57,836 nt of DNA from Longimicrobium sp. (GTDB taxonomy: Bacteria; Gemmatimonadota; Gemmatimonadetes; Longimicrobiales; Longimicrobiaceae). A program made the translations under genes and the position numbers. The stretch lies in the NCBI GenBank assembly GCA_036399995.1, contig DASWMA010000510.1, positions 1 through 57,836 of the forward strand, given 5' to 3'. Positions 46,142 through 55,817 of the stretch are shown piece after piece. Every line of letters starts with the position of its first letter. Position 1 is the first letter of the stretch. The notes beneath the pieces are model-generated. The model ran no database searches and was not told the origin of the DNA. It saw only the letters and a list, made by a program, of their open reading frames with translations.

Positions 46142-47203
46142 ATGACCAACCCGAGCCCACGCCCCGTCACCACGCACGACGTCGCCCGCAGGGCGGGGGT
46201 CTCGCAGGCCACGGTATCGCTGGTGCTGAGCGGCAACCCGCGGGCTCGCGTGGCGCAGGCCACGCGCGAGCGGGTGATGGAAGCGGCCGAGGAGCTGGGG
46301 TACCGCCCCAACATCCTGGCCCGCGGGCTGGTGCGGGGGAAGTCGTACGCCATCGGCGTGGTGGTGCCGGACCTGACCAACCCGTTCTTCCTGGACGTGG
46401 TGACCGGCGCGCAGCGCGTGGCGGCCGAGGCGGGGTACGCGGTGCTCCCCGGCGACACCCGCGAGAGCACGCCCAGCCGCCACCTCGAAGCGCTGCGGGC
46501 CCGGCAGGTGGACGGCGTGATCATCGACGGGGTGGGCGCCGCGGCGCTCCCGCACGACGCGCTGTCGGAGCTGAAGGTGGTGGTGGTGGACGAGCCGTCG
46601 GAGCGCTGGCCGGGGGTGGCCAGCGACGCGCTGGCGGCGGGGCGGCTGGCCGCGGAGCACCTGGTGGGGCTCGGGCACCGGCGCCTCGCCTTCGTGGGCC
46701 CCGCCACCGACGTGCACGGCTTCCGGATGCGCGAGCGCGGCTTCTTCCAGGCGCTCAGGGCCGCCGGGATCGCGCTGCCGCACCCGTGGCTGGTGCGGAC
46801 GCCGCCCACGGTCAGCGGCGGGCTGGCGGCGATGAAGACGCTCCTCGCCTCGCCCAGCCGCCCCACGGCGGTGTTCTGCGCCAACGACCTGATCGCGATG
46901 GGCGCGCTGAAGGCGGCGCTGAAGGCCGGGGTCGACGTCCCGCGCGAGCTGTCGATCGTGGGCTGCGACGACATCGAGATGGCGAGCGTGGTCACCCCCG
47001 AGCTGACCACCATCGCCGTCCCCGCCCGCGAGCTGGGCGCCCGCGCCGCCCGCCTTCTCCTGCGGCAGCTGGAAGGCCAGGAGGTGTCGGTGAAGCCGAC
47101 CCGGCTCCTTCCCGTGCGGCTGGTGCGCCGCGCCACCACGGCGGTGGCGCCGGCGGAGGGGACAGGGGACAGGGAACAGGGGACAGCCGGCAACAACGGC
47201 TGA
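46142..47203 (+). CDS. LacI family transcriptional regulator
   Basis: TTHDVARRAGVSQATVS, LGYRPN, NPFF, VDGVII, FCANDLIA, SIVGCDD, PELTTI. Confidence 0.95.
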   Translation: MTNPSPRPVTTHDVARRAGVSQATVSLVLSGNPRARVAQATRERVMEAAEELGYRPNILARGLVRGKSYAIGVVVPDLTNPFFLDVVTGAQRVAAEAGYAVLPGDTRESTPSRHLEALRARQVDGVIIDGVGAAALPHDALSELKVVVVDEPSERWPGVASDALAAGRLAAEHLVGLGHRRLAFVGPATDVHGFRMRERGFFQALRAAGIALPHPWLVRTPPTVSGGLAAMKTLLASPSRPTAVFCANDLIAMGALKAALKAGVDVPRELSIVGCDDIEMASVVTPELTTIAVPARELGARAARLLLRQLEGQEVSVKPTRLLPVRLVRRATTAVAPAEGTGDREQGTAGNNG

Positions 47204-47228
47204 GCACGTCGGCCGGCACCATCCAACT

Positions 47229-47270
47229 TTCGCACTCTCGCACTCTCGCACTCTCGCACTTTCGTACTCG
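47229..47270 (+). repeat. Short tandem repeat (TCGCACTC)n
   Basis: About five units; reverse-complement relative of the 15108 tract. Confidence 0.85.
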
Positions 47271-48281
47271 ATGCGGCACGCAGCGATCACAGGCACCGGC
47301 TCGTTCGTCCCCGCGCGCGTGGTCGCCAACGCGGAGCTCTCCGCCGCGCTGGGCGAAGACATCGACGCGTTCGTCAGCACCACGCTGGGGATCCGCGAGC
47401 GGCACTGGTGCGCGCCCCACGAGTCCACCGCCGACCTGGCCGAGCAGGCCGCCCGCGCCGCGCTGGCCGACGCGGGGCTGCAGGCCGAGGACGTGGACCT
47501 GCTGATCGTCTCCACCGACACCCCCGAATACGTCTCGCCCGCCACCTCGTCGGTCCTGCACGGCCGGCTGGGGATGCGGAACACGGCGGGGACCTTCGAC
47601 GTGAACAGCGCCTGCGCCGGGTTCGCCACCGCGCTCGACGCCGCGTGGAAGTACGTGCGCGCCGACGAGCGCTACGAGCGCGTCCTGGTCGTCGCCGTCT
47701 ACGCGATGTCGAAGTTCCTGGACCCGGCGGACAAGAAGACGGTCACCATCTTCGCCGACGGCGCGGGGGCGGTGGTGCTGGAGCTGGCGGACGAGCCCGG
47801 CATTTTGGCCAGCGAGCTCTACTCCGACGGCACGCTGGCGCCGGGGATGGGGGTGTTCGCCGGCGGCACCGCCGAGCCGATCACCGTGGAGGTGCTCGAC
47901 TCGGGCGTCCGCAACCGGCTCCGCTTCGTCACCAAGTATCCCAAAGAGGTGAACGAGGAGGGGTGGCCGCGGATCGCGCGCTCCGTCCTCGAGCGGATCG
48001 GGAAGACGGTGGACGACGTCGATCTCTGGCTGTGGACGCAGGTGAACCGCTCCACCATCGAGATGGTGATGGACCGGCTGGCCGTCCCCATGTCGACGGC
48101 GCACACGGTGATGGAGAAGTGGGGCTACACCGGCTCGGCCTGCCTCCCCATGGCGCTGGACGACGCGGTGAAGGCCGGGCGACTGAACCCGGGTGACCTG
48201 GTGCTGATGACCGGCTCGGGGGCGGGGCTGTCGATGGGGTGCGTGGCGCTCACCTGGAACCCGCGCCGGAGCGCAGCGTGA
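47271..48281 (+). CDS. FabH/KAS III-fold enzyme with non-canonical active site
   Basis: GIRER, FDVNSACAGF (Cys), FADGAGA; WTQVN in place of HQAN and GYTGSAC in place of GNTS. Confidence 0.88.
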   Translation: MRHAAITGTGSFVPARVVANAELSAALGEDIDAFVSTTLGIRERHWCAPHESTADLAEQAARAALADAGLQAEDVDLLIVSTDTPEYVSPATSSVLHGRLGMRNTAGTFDVNSACAGFATALDAAWKYVRADERYERVLVVAVYAMSKFLDPADKKTVTIFADGAGAVVLELADEPGILASELYSDGTLAPGMGVFAGGTAEPITVEVLDSGVRNRLRFVTKYPKEVNEEGWPRIARSVLERIGKTVDDVDLWLWTQVNRSTIEMVMDRLAVPMSTAHTVMEKWGYTGSACLPMALDDAVKAGRLNPGDLVLMTGSGAGLSMGCVALTWNPRRSAA

Positions 48282-50065
48282 CCACCGCCGCCCGCGCCTT
48301 CCTCGCCCGCGCCGCGCGCCACCCCGGCCGGGCCGCCTACCGCGCCCTGGCCGCCGGCGGCGCGCCCGCCGACGCGGTGATGACCTGGGGCCAGTGGGCC
48401 GCGGACGCCCGCCGCTTCGCCGCCGCGCTGGTGGCCGACGGGCTGCAGCCGGGCGAGACGGTGGCGATCCTGGCGGGGACGGGAACGCTCTGGCCGGTGG
48501 CCGACCTGGGCGTGCTGATGGCGGGCGGCGTGAGCGTGGGCATCTACCCCACCAGCGCCCCCGCGCAGGTGCGGCAGATCGTGGCCGACTGCGGCGCGCG
48601 GCTGCTGGTGGTGGACACGCACCAGCAGCTCGCCAAGGCGCTCGCCGTCCGCCCCCAGCTCCCCGCGCTCCGCCGCATCGTCGCCGACGACGCGTTCGAC
48701 GACGACGTGGTGCCGTGGGGCGCGTGGCTGGCGCACGGCGACGCCTCGATGCCCGCCGCCGGCGCCGAGGTGGATCGGCGCGTGGCGGCCGCGTCGCCCG
48801 ACGACACCGCGATCCTGATCTACACCTCCGGCAGCACGGGCGAGCCCAAGGGCGCCGAGATCTCGCACCGCTACCTCCTGGCGTCGAGCGCCTCCATCGC
48901 CGAGTCGCTGGGGCTGGGGGAAGGCGACACCACCCTCTCGTTCCTCCCCTTCTGCCACGCGGCCGAGCGGATCTTCGGGCTCTACACCCGCATCCACACG
49001 GGGATGGAGGCGGCGCTGGTGCCCGACCACGCGCGGGTGTGGGAGGCGGCGCACGCCTACGCCCCCACGCTCTTCGGCGGGCTCCCCCGCTTCTACGAGA
49101 AGGCGTTCGAGGCGCTGCAGGCCGAGCACCTGGCGGCCACGGGAGAGGAGCGCGCGCGGTGGGACCGGGTGGTCCGCCTGGGCACCACGCGGTCGAAGCT
49201 GAACCAGGCCGGCGAGTTCGTGCCGCCGGCGCTCGAGGCCGAGTGGCGCGCGGCCGGTGCGCCGCTGTTCGAGCGGGCGCGGCGGCTGTTCGGCGGGCGG
49301 GTGCGGCGCGCCACCAGCGGCGGGGCCGCGCTCCCGGCGCAGGTGGCCGAGTACCTCGACGCGCTGGGGATCACCGTGCTGGGCGCGTATGGCCTGACGG
49401 AGCACCTGTGCGTGGCGATGAACCGCCCCGACGCGTACCGCTTCGACGCCGCCGGCCCGCCGATGCCCGGCACCGAGCTTCGCATCGCGGAGGACGGCGA
49501 GATCCTGGTGCGCCGTGGCGAGCTCACCTTCGGCGGCTACCACGGCCGGCCGCGCGAGAGCGAAGACGCCTTCACCCCCGACGGGTGGCTGCTGACCGGC
49601 GACCTGGGCGAGCTGCTGGACGACGGCTCGCTGCGGGTGACGGGGCGCAAGAAGGAGCTGATCGCGCTGAGCACGGGAAAGAAGGTGGCGCCGCTCCCGA
49701 TCGAGGCGGCGCTGGCGCAGGACCCCTTCATCGGCCAGGCCATGCTCTACGGCGAGGGGCAGAAGTTCATCTCCGCCCTGATCGCGCTGCGGCCGACGAT
49801 GCTGCGCAGGTGGGCCGACGAGCGGCAGGCGGCGGAGGATGGGTCGATCGTGCGCCACCCCGAGCTGATCCACCGCGTGCAGGCCGCCGTGGACCGGGTG
49901 AACGCGGGGCTCAGCCGCACCGAGCAGATCCGCCGCTTCGTGGTGATCGCCCGCGAGCTGACGGCCGAGGAGGGCGACCTGACCCCCACGCTCAAGCTGC
50001 GCCGCACCGTGGTCGCGGAGAAGTTCCGCGACCAGCTCGACGCACTCTACCAGGCAAGCGAATGA
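48278..50065 (+). CDS. AMP-dependent acyl-CoA ligase (FadD15-like)
   Basis: YTSGSTGEPKG, YGLTE, TGD, GRKKE, TPTLKLRR; GTGA overlap. Confidence 0.92.
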   Translation: MTTAARAFLARAARHPGRAAYRALAAGGAPADAVMTWGQWAADARRFAAALVADGLQPGETVAILAGTGTLWPVADLGVLMAGGVSVGIYPTSAPAQVRQIVADCGARLLVVDTHQQLAKALAVRPQLPALRRIVADDAFDDDVVPWGAWLAHGDASMPAAGAEVDRRVAAASPDDTAILIYTSGSTGEPKGAEISHRYLLASSASIAESLGLGEGDTTLSFLPFCHAAERIFGLYTRIHTGMEAALVPDHARVWEAAHAYAPTLFGGLPRFYEKAFEALQAEHLAATGEERARWDRVVRLGTTRSKLNQAGEFVPPALEAEWRAAGAPLFERARRLFGGRVRRATSGGAALPAQVAEYLDALGITVLGAYGLTEHLCVAMNRPDAYRFDAAGPPMPGTELRIAEDGEILVRRGELTFGGYHGRPRESEDAFTPDGWLLTGDLGELLDDGSLRVTGRKKELIALSTGKKVAPLPIEAALAQDPFIGQAMLYGEGQKFISALIALRPTMLRRWADERQAAEDGSIVRHPELIHRVQAAVDRVNAGLSRTEQIRRFVVIARELTAEEGDLTPTLKLRRTVVAEKFRDQLDALYQASE

Positions 50066-50565
50066 CGCGAAGACTCGCCCTGGCCGCGCTCGTGGCCGGC
50101 ACCCTGGCCATCGCCGCCGCGTACGGCAGCGCCTTTTTGGCCGGCCCGCCGCCCGCCTGGGCCGCGTGGGCGCTGGGGGTCGGCAGCTCGGTGGTGATGG
50201 TGGCCAGCATGGCGCTGGGCGCCGTGCGCCAGGAGAAGGGGATCGGGCGGCTGAAGTGGCCGTTCGCCTTCGTCTTCATCGTGCTGGCCGGCGGCTTCAG
50301 CGCGGTGATGGTGCTCCCCGACGAGGCGCCGGGCGCGCCGCTCTTCCTGGGCCTGCCGTTGCGCGCGGCGATCGTGCTGATCGGGATCGGGCTCCTTCCG
50401 CTCCTGGTCCTCCCCGTGGCCTACGCGCTGACCTTCGACGACATGACGCTGGGCGAGGACGACCTGGCCCGCGTGCGCGCCGCCGCGAAGGCGCTCCGCG
50501 AGCAGGCGGCCGCGCCCCAGCCCACCGAAACGCCCGCCACGCCCGTCCCCGCGGAGGCCCTGTGA
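50062..50565 (+). CDS. Small four-TM membrane protein (possible symporter accessory subunit)
   Basis: MTRRLALAALVAG... four hydrophobic segments; coupled to both neighbours by ATGA/GTGA overlaps. Confidence 0.75.
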   Translation: MTRRLALAALVAGTLAIAAAYGSAFLAGPPPAWAAWALGVGSSVVMVASMALGAVRQEKGIGRLKWPFAFVFIVLAGGFSAVMVLPDEAPGAPLFLGLPLRAAIVLIGIGLLPLLVLPVAYALTFDDMTLGEDDLARVRAAAKALREQAAAPQPTETPATPVPAEAL

Positions 50566-52073
50566 CGCTCGCCGTGATCCTGCAGACCGGGCAGATGCCG
50601 CGGCTGGCCCAGCCCACCATCGTGGTGGTGGCGGTGGTCTACTTCGCCATCGTGGCGGCGATCGGCGCCTGGGCCACCCGGAAGACGCGCACCGCCAGCG
50701 ACTTCTTCGTGGCGGGCGAGGGGATCGGGCTGATCGCGCTGACGCTGGCGGCCATGTCGGCCACGCTCTCGGGCTTCGCCTTCATCGGCGGGCCGGGGCT
50801 GGTGTACCGCGGCGGGCTGGGGGCGATGTACCTGGTGCTCCCCGCGGCCATCACCGCGTCGATGACCAGCTGGGTGCTGGCCAAGCGGATGCGCCTGCTG
50901 GGCGAGGTGCGCGGGCTGATCACCGTGCCCGACGCGATCGGCGCGCGCTACCGCTCGCCGGCGGCGCAGGGGCTGTCAGGGCTCGCGATCATCATCGCCG
51001 TGATCGGCTACATGGCCACCAACCTCCTGGCGCTGGGGCTGGTGATCGACTCGATCTTCGGGATCGGGCTGGCCGCGGGGGTGTGGATCGGGATGGCGAT
51101 CGTCCTTGCCTACTCGGTGGCGGGCGGGATCCTGGCGGGGGTGTACACCGACGTCTTCCAGGGCTCGCTGATGGCCGTCGCCTCGGTGCTGGTCTTCCTC
51201 TTCACCCTCAAGGTGGGCGGGGGAATGGGCGGGATCTCGCGCACGGTGATGGCGGCGGACCAGACGTTCCTGGGGCCGTTCGGCGCGATGGGCCCCGGCG
51301 CGGCGCTCTCGCTCTTCTTCGTGTTCGGCGTGGGCTCGATGGGCCAGCCGCACGTGATCCACAAGTTCTACATGCTCAAGGACCCGCGGCGGCTCAAGTG
51401 GTACCCGCTGCTGGTGACCGTCGCGCTGATCGTGACCATGCTGCTGTACTTCGGGGTGGGGGTGGCGGTGAAGGCGCTGGTGGTGCGCGGCGAGATGGCG
51501 CCCCTGGCCAACCCCGACGACGCCACGCCGATGTTCCTGCTGCGCTTCACCCCCATCCTGCTGGCGGCGCTGGTGTTCAGCGGCGTGGCGGCGGCCATCA
51601 TGAGCACCGTCAACTCGTTCATGAACATCGGCGCCGCGGCGGTCACGCACGACATCCCCGTCGCGCTGGGGATGCGGGTGAAGAACGAGCTGCTCTGGGG
51701 CCGCATCACCACCGTGCTGATCTCGGTGGCCGCCGCGGCGCTGGCGCTGCTCCCCGGCGCGCTGGTGGCCTTCCTGGGGATCTTCGGCTGGGGGCTGTTC
51801 AGCGCCACCATCGTCCCCGCGCTGGCCATCGGGCTGAACTGGGAGGGCGCGACCAAGGAAGGGGCCGTCGCCAGCATCTCGACAGGCATCCTGGTGACGC
51901 TCGTCTGCGAGACGCTGGCCTTCTACAAGGTCTACTCCTTCCCCACCGGCGTCACGGTGAGCGGCCTGTCGCTGGTGCTCTCGCTCCTGGTCTTCTTCGC
52001 CGTGAGCTGGGTGACGCGCGCCCGCGCCGCCGCGGCGCTGGACGCGGACGTGAAGCTGGTGATGAGCGTTTGA
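50562..52073 (+). CDS. Sodium:solute symporter (SSS; PutP/PanF/ActP family)
   Basis: DFFVAG, SGFAFIGGPG, YTDVFQG, GQPH, AAIMST; about 13 TM segments. Confidence 0.92.
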   Translation: MTLAVILQTGQMPRLAQPTIVVVAVVYFAIVAAIGAWATRKTRTASDFFVAGEGIGLIALTLAAMSATLSGFAFIGGPGLVYRGGLGAMYLVLPAAITASMTSWVLAKRMRLLGEVRGLITVPDAIGARYRSPAAQGLSGLAIIIAVIGYMATNLLALGLVIDSIFGIGLAAGVWIGMAIVLAYSVAGGILAGVYTDVFQGSLMAVASVLVFLFTLKVGGGMGGISRTVMAADQTFLGPFGAMGPGAALSLFFVFGVGSMGQPHVIHKFYMLKDPRRLKWYPLLVTVALIVTMLLYFGVGVAVKALVVRGEMAPLANPDDATPMFLLRFTPILLAALVFSGVAAAIMSTVNSFMNIGAAAVTHDIPVALGMRVKNELLWGRITTVLISVAAAALALLPGALVAFLGIFGWGLFSATIVPALAIGLNWEGATKEGAVASISTGILVTLVCETLAFYKVYSFPTGVTVSGLSLVLSLLVFFAVSWVTRARAAAALDADVKLVMSV

Positions 52074-52076
52074 CGG

Positions 52077-52122
52077 GGTGCTAGGTGCTAGGTGCTAGGT
52101 GCTAGGTGCCAGGTGCCAGGTG
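52077..52122 (+). repeat. Short tandem repeat (GGTGCTA)4 (GGTGCCA)2
   Basis: Read directly; inverted counterpart at 52858-52940. Confidence 0.88.
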
Positions 52123-52155
52123 CGATGGGGGTTGGATGAACGCGAATGCCGCCTC

Positions 52156-52218
52156 GTCATCCTGAGGCCGGCCACGCGGTACCCGCGGCCACACGGATGA
52201 TGGCAGGCCGAAGGATCT
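52156..52218 (+). repeat. GTCATCCTGAG...CGAAGGATCT REP-like element
   Basis: Ends ATCCT/AGGAT pair; resembles a widespread intergenic REP class (from recollection); single copy here. Confidence 0.45.
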
Positions 52219-52269
52219 ATCGCCGGGGCGCGAGCGGGCGCCGGCGCAACGAACGAAAGACGACGGCGG

Positions 52270-52704
52270 ATGACGATCCACGACATCGCGGTGGGGCAGA
52301 CGGCGGAGTTCACCAAGACGGTGACGGAGACCGACGTGGTGCTGTTCGCGGGCATCACCGGCGACTTCAACCCCGCGCACGTGGACGAGGTGGAGGCGGC
52401 GAAGGGGATGTTCGGCGGGCGGATCGCGCACGGGCTGCTCTCGGCGGGGTTCATCAGCACCGTGCTGGCCATGCGGCTCCCCGGCCCGGGCACCATCTAC
52501 CTGTCGCAGAACCTCCGCTTCGTGCGCCCCGTGCGCATCGGCGACACGGTGACGGCGCGCGTGGAGGTGGCCGAGGTGATCGCCCCCAAACGCCGCGTGC
52601 GCCTCACCACCACCGTCGCCAACCACAACGGCGAGACGGTGATCGACGGCGAGGCGACCGTGATGGTGCCGGAAGGACGCATCGCCACGGCGGCGGAGGG
52701 GTGA
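52270..52704 (+). CDS. phaJ: MaoC-family (R)-specific enoyl-CoA hydratase (PhaJ-like)
   Basis: FAGITGDFNPAHVD hydratase-2 motif, RIAHG, LPGPGTIYLSQNLRF..PV..GD. Confidence 0.85.
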   Translation: MTIHDIAVGQTAEFTKTVTETDVVLFAGITGDFNPAHVDEVEAAKGMFGGRIAHGLLSAGFISTVLAMRLPGPGTIYLSQNLRFVRPVRIGDTVTARVEVAEVIAPKRRVRLTTTVANHNGETVIDGEATVMVPEGRIATAAEG

Positions 52705-52725
52705 CGGTGATGGTGGATTCCCGAC

Positions 52726-52776
52726 GGCGGGTTGAAACCCGCCGCTGAAAGGTCGGGAAGTCCGCCTTCGCGGACT
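52726..52776 (+). repeat. Dual-hairpin REP-like element (family A2)
   Basis: GGCGGGT-TGAA-ACCCGCC ... AGTCCGC-CTTC-GCGGACT. Confidence 0.8.
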
Positions 52777-52857
52777 GCGGCCGCGGCGCCGGGGCTTCGA
52801 ACAGAATTCGTTCCGCGTCTGCTCAAAGCCCGGAACCGGAAACGACGTCGGACACGC

Positions 52858-52940
52858 AGCACCTAGCACCTAGCACCTAGCACCTAGCACCTACCACTGG
52901 GCACTGGGCACTGGGCACCGGGCACTGGGCACCGGGCACT
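52858..52940 (+). repeat. Short tandem repeats (AGCACCT)5 then (GCACYGG)n
   Basis: Read directly. Confidence 0.88.
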
Positions 52941-53051
52941 ACCGGAAAAGGAACCGCGGTCGCCTCGATAAAAAGGACCGCGAGCGGAGAAGTCTCACCG
53001 TGCGCACGCGACCGCGGCGCACACCTGTCCCAACCACATGGAGACCCTTCC

Positions 53052-55517
53052 ATGAGCAGCAGCAGCGGCACCCGGCGCCAACAGTGGCGCGCACTCCTGC
53101 TGGCCGCGGTTCTGGCGATGCTTCCCGGCGCCGCCGCCGCCCAGACCGGTTCCGTGAAGGGCACCGTGAACGGCCCCGGCGGCGCCGCCGTGTCGGCCGC
53201 GGCGGTCACCATCACCGGCACCCGGTTCAGCACGGTCACCAACACGCAGGGCCAGTTCACCCTCACGGGGATCCCGCAGGGCACGCAGCGCCTGCGCGTG
53301 TCGCGCGGCGGCTACGTGGCCGCCACGCAGGAGGTGACGGTGCGGCCGGGCGAAGAGACGCTCGTGTCCGTGCAGCTCCAGGAGACCAACGTGGAGCTCG
53401 ACGGGATGGTGGTGTCGGCCAGCCGCCGGGCGCAGCGCCGCTCCGAGGCGCCCGCCACCGTCACCCGCATCGGCGCCGACCAGCTGGCCGAGACGCCGGG
53501 CAACGCCTTCGTGGGCGCGCTCAAGCAGGCCACCGGGCTCGACTTCGTGCAGGTGGGGATGACGTCGGTGGCGGTCAACGCCCGCGGCTTCAACTCGTCG
53601 TTCAACAACCGCATGCTGATGCTGGAAGACGGCCGCATCGGCGTGCTTCCCGAGAACGGGCTGCCGGTGGGCGGCTTCACCCCCATCCCCAAGATCGACC
53701 TGGCGGGGGTGGAGGTGGTGGTGGGCCCCGGCAGCGCGCTGTACGGCGCCGACGCCTCGAACGGCGTGCTGACGCTGGAGAGCAAGGACCCGCGCGAGTA
53801 CCCGGGGCTGCAGTTCGAGGTGACGGGCGGCAACCGCAGCTACTACGACATCCAGGGCCGCTGGGCCGGCACCGTGGGCGAGAGCTGGGGCTACAAGGTG
53901 TCGGGCGAGTGGAACAGCTTCGAAGACTGGAGCAACCGCATCCGCGCCACCGCGGCCGCCACCAGCCCGATGGAGCGCTCGGTGGGCGACAGCATGGGGC
54001 TGAACTGGGACAGCAACGTGCTGCGCGGCTACGGGCAGGTGGTGCGCTACCTGGGCAACGGCGAGATCTCGCTGACCGGCGGCTACAGCCGCACCAACGG
54101 CGTGGGCCAGACCAACGTGGGCCGCAACCAGCTGGTGGACTGGACCTACAACGCCCTGCACCTGAAGGCGCAGGTGCCGCACTGGTACTTCAGCGCCTAC
54201 CGCACCGAGAGCAGCGCGGGCCAGAGCTACGCCGCCAACCGCTTCACCACCAACTGGTACACGGTTCCGCGCACCGTCAGCGACGACTCGGTGCGCAAGA
54301 TGAGCGACTGGCCCAGCAACGGGCAGCTCTACGCGGCCGAGCTGCAGAACAACTTCCGGGTGATGCCGCTGCTGAACACCCAGGTCACCTGGGGGGCCCA
54401 GTACCGGCACGACGTGGTGAGCAGTGATCGCCAGTGGCTCACCGACCGCCTGACCGGGGACGACCTGGAGATCAACCAGTGGGGCGTGTACGCGCAGACC
54501 GAGACGCCGCTGGTGCCGCAGGTGCGCCTGCTGCTGGCCGCGCGCTACGACGACCACGACAAGTACGACGCGCAGTTCTCGCCCAAGGCGGGCCTGCTGT
54601 GGACGCCGGTGGCCGGGCAGACCTTCCGCGTGTTCTACAACCGTGCGTTCAAGAGCCCCAGCACGCTGCAGACCAGCTTCTGGATCCCCAACTTCGTCCC
54701 CTTCGTGGGCGTGTTCGGCAACCCCGAGGGGATCACCGTCCGCAAGCTTTCCGACAACTCGGTGGTGCGCGAGTACGGCGCGCTGGTGCCCGAGCAGAAC
54801 ACCACCTGGGAGGCGGGCTACAAGGGGCTGATCAACGGGCGCCTGTTCATGGACGTGAGCGGCTACTACTCGCGCTACAAGAACTTCATGAGCCCGCTGG
54901 TCACCATCGCCAACCCGCTGCTGGGCCCGGTGAACGGCACGGTGGCGATCAACCCGGCCACGGGGCAGCCCTTCGTGGACGAGAACGGCGGCCAGCAGGT
55001 GGTGCTCACCTACTTCAACCTGGGCCGCGCCACCCTGTGGGGCACCGACGCGTCGCTCACCTACGTGCTGAACCCCAAGGTCGACTTCACCGGCACCTTC
55101 AGCTACCTGAAGCTGGAGGACGTCGGCGGGATCAACACCAACCTGGCCAGCGACGTGGAGGCCACCGCGCTCAACAGCCCGTCCACCAAGTGGACGGCCG
55201 GGTTGCGCGTGCGTGACCTGGGCCGCTGGAGCGGCGGCAGCACGCTGCGCTACGTGAACGGCTACCGCTTCATCAGCGGCATCAACAACGGGCGCATCCC
55301 CACCTTCAGCACGCTCGACGTGAACGTGGGCTACCGCGTCCCCAGCCTGCGCTCGCAGATCAACCTGGCGGTGGCCAACCTGTTCACCTGCCACAAGCAG
55401 GACCTGTCGATCGCCGACGGCGAGCAGTGCGGCATCGGCGTGAAGCACACCGAGATGGTCAACATGCCCGCGATCGGGACGATGGTGTTCCTGGGCGTGC
55501 GGATGGACGTGCGGTAA
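53052..55517 (+). CDS. TonB-dependent receptor
   Basis: Signal peptide ending AAAQ, N-terminal extension, VVSASR, NARGFN, L.DGR, EVVVGPGSALYG..A.NGV, RYD, FSPKAGL, L.PE. Confidence 0.93.
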   Translation: MSSSSGTRRQQWRALLLAAVLAMLPGAAAAQTGSVKGTVNGPGGAAVSAAAVTITGTRFSTVTNTQGQFTLTGIPQGTQRLRVSRGGYVAATQEVTVRPGEETLVSVQLQETNVELDGMVVSASRRAQRRSEAPATVTRIGADQLAETPGNAFVGALKQATGLDFVQVGMTSVAVNARGFNSSFNNRMLMLEDGRIGVLPENGLPVGGFTPIPKIDLAGVEVVVGPGSALYGADASNGVLTLESKDPREYPGLQFEVTGGNRSYYDIQGRWAGTVGESWGYKVSGEWNSFEDWSNRIRATAAATSPMERSVGDSMGLNWDSNVLRGYGQVVRYLGNGEISLTGGYSRTNGVGQTNVGRNQLVDWTYNALHLKAQVPHWYFSAYRTESSAGQSYAANRFTTNWYTVPRTVSDDSVRKMSDWPSNGQLYAAELQNNFRVMPLLNTQVTWGAQYRHDVVSSDRQWLTDRLTGDDLEINQWGVYAQTETPLVPQVRLLLAARYDDHDKYDAQFSPKAGLLWTPVAGQTFRVFYNRAFKSPSTLQTSFWIPNFVPFVGVFGNPEGITVRKLSDNSVVREYGALVPEQNTTWEAGYKGLINGRLFMDVSGYYSRYKNFMSPLVTIANPLLGPVNGTVAINPATGQPFVDENGGQQVVLTYFNLGRATLWGTDASLTYVLNPKVDFTGTFSYLKLEDVGGINTNLASDVEATALNSPSTKWTAGLRVRDLGRWSGGSTLRYVNGYRFISGINNGRIPTFSTLDVNVGYRVPSLRSQINLAVANLFTCHKQDLSIADGEQCGIGVKHTEMVNMPAIGTMVFLGVRMDVR

Positions 55518-55639
55518 CCGCCGGACGGGTGCGCTGGTGCGTGAGTGCGCGAGTGCGTGGGGCTCTGTTCTGCCCCACGCGCCGTGCCTTTCCACCAGCC
55601 CCCGAAGTCGAAGGTCGAGGTGTAAGCAGTTGAAAGTAG

Positions 55640-55764
55640 TTGAAGTCGCAGTTCTCCCCTCCCCCCGCGCAGCGGGGGGAGGGGGGGCCCGCCGCGGCAA
55701 GTGCGCAGTTGCAGTTCACCCCCTTCTCCTGCAGTTCGGGAGAAGGGGGCCGGGGGGATGAGGG
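55640..55764 (+). repeat. Family D double-hairpin element, copy 1 (upstream of depolymerase 1)
   Basis: gcagttctcccctccccccgcgcagcggggggagggg...ccccttctcctgc.gttcgggagaagggg..ggatgaggg; copy at 56877-57046. Confidence 0.85.
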
Positions 55765-55817
55765 TTGGTTCGCCAGAGGTCATCGCCGGTCCACCGCACC
55801 ATCCGGAGGAGCCGTCC

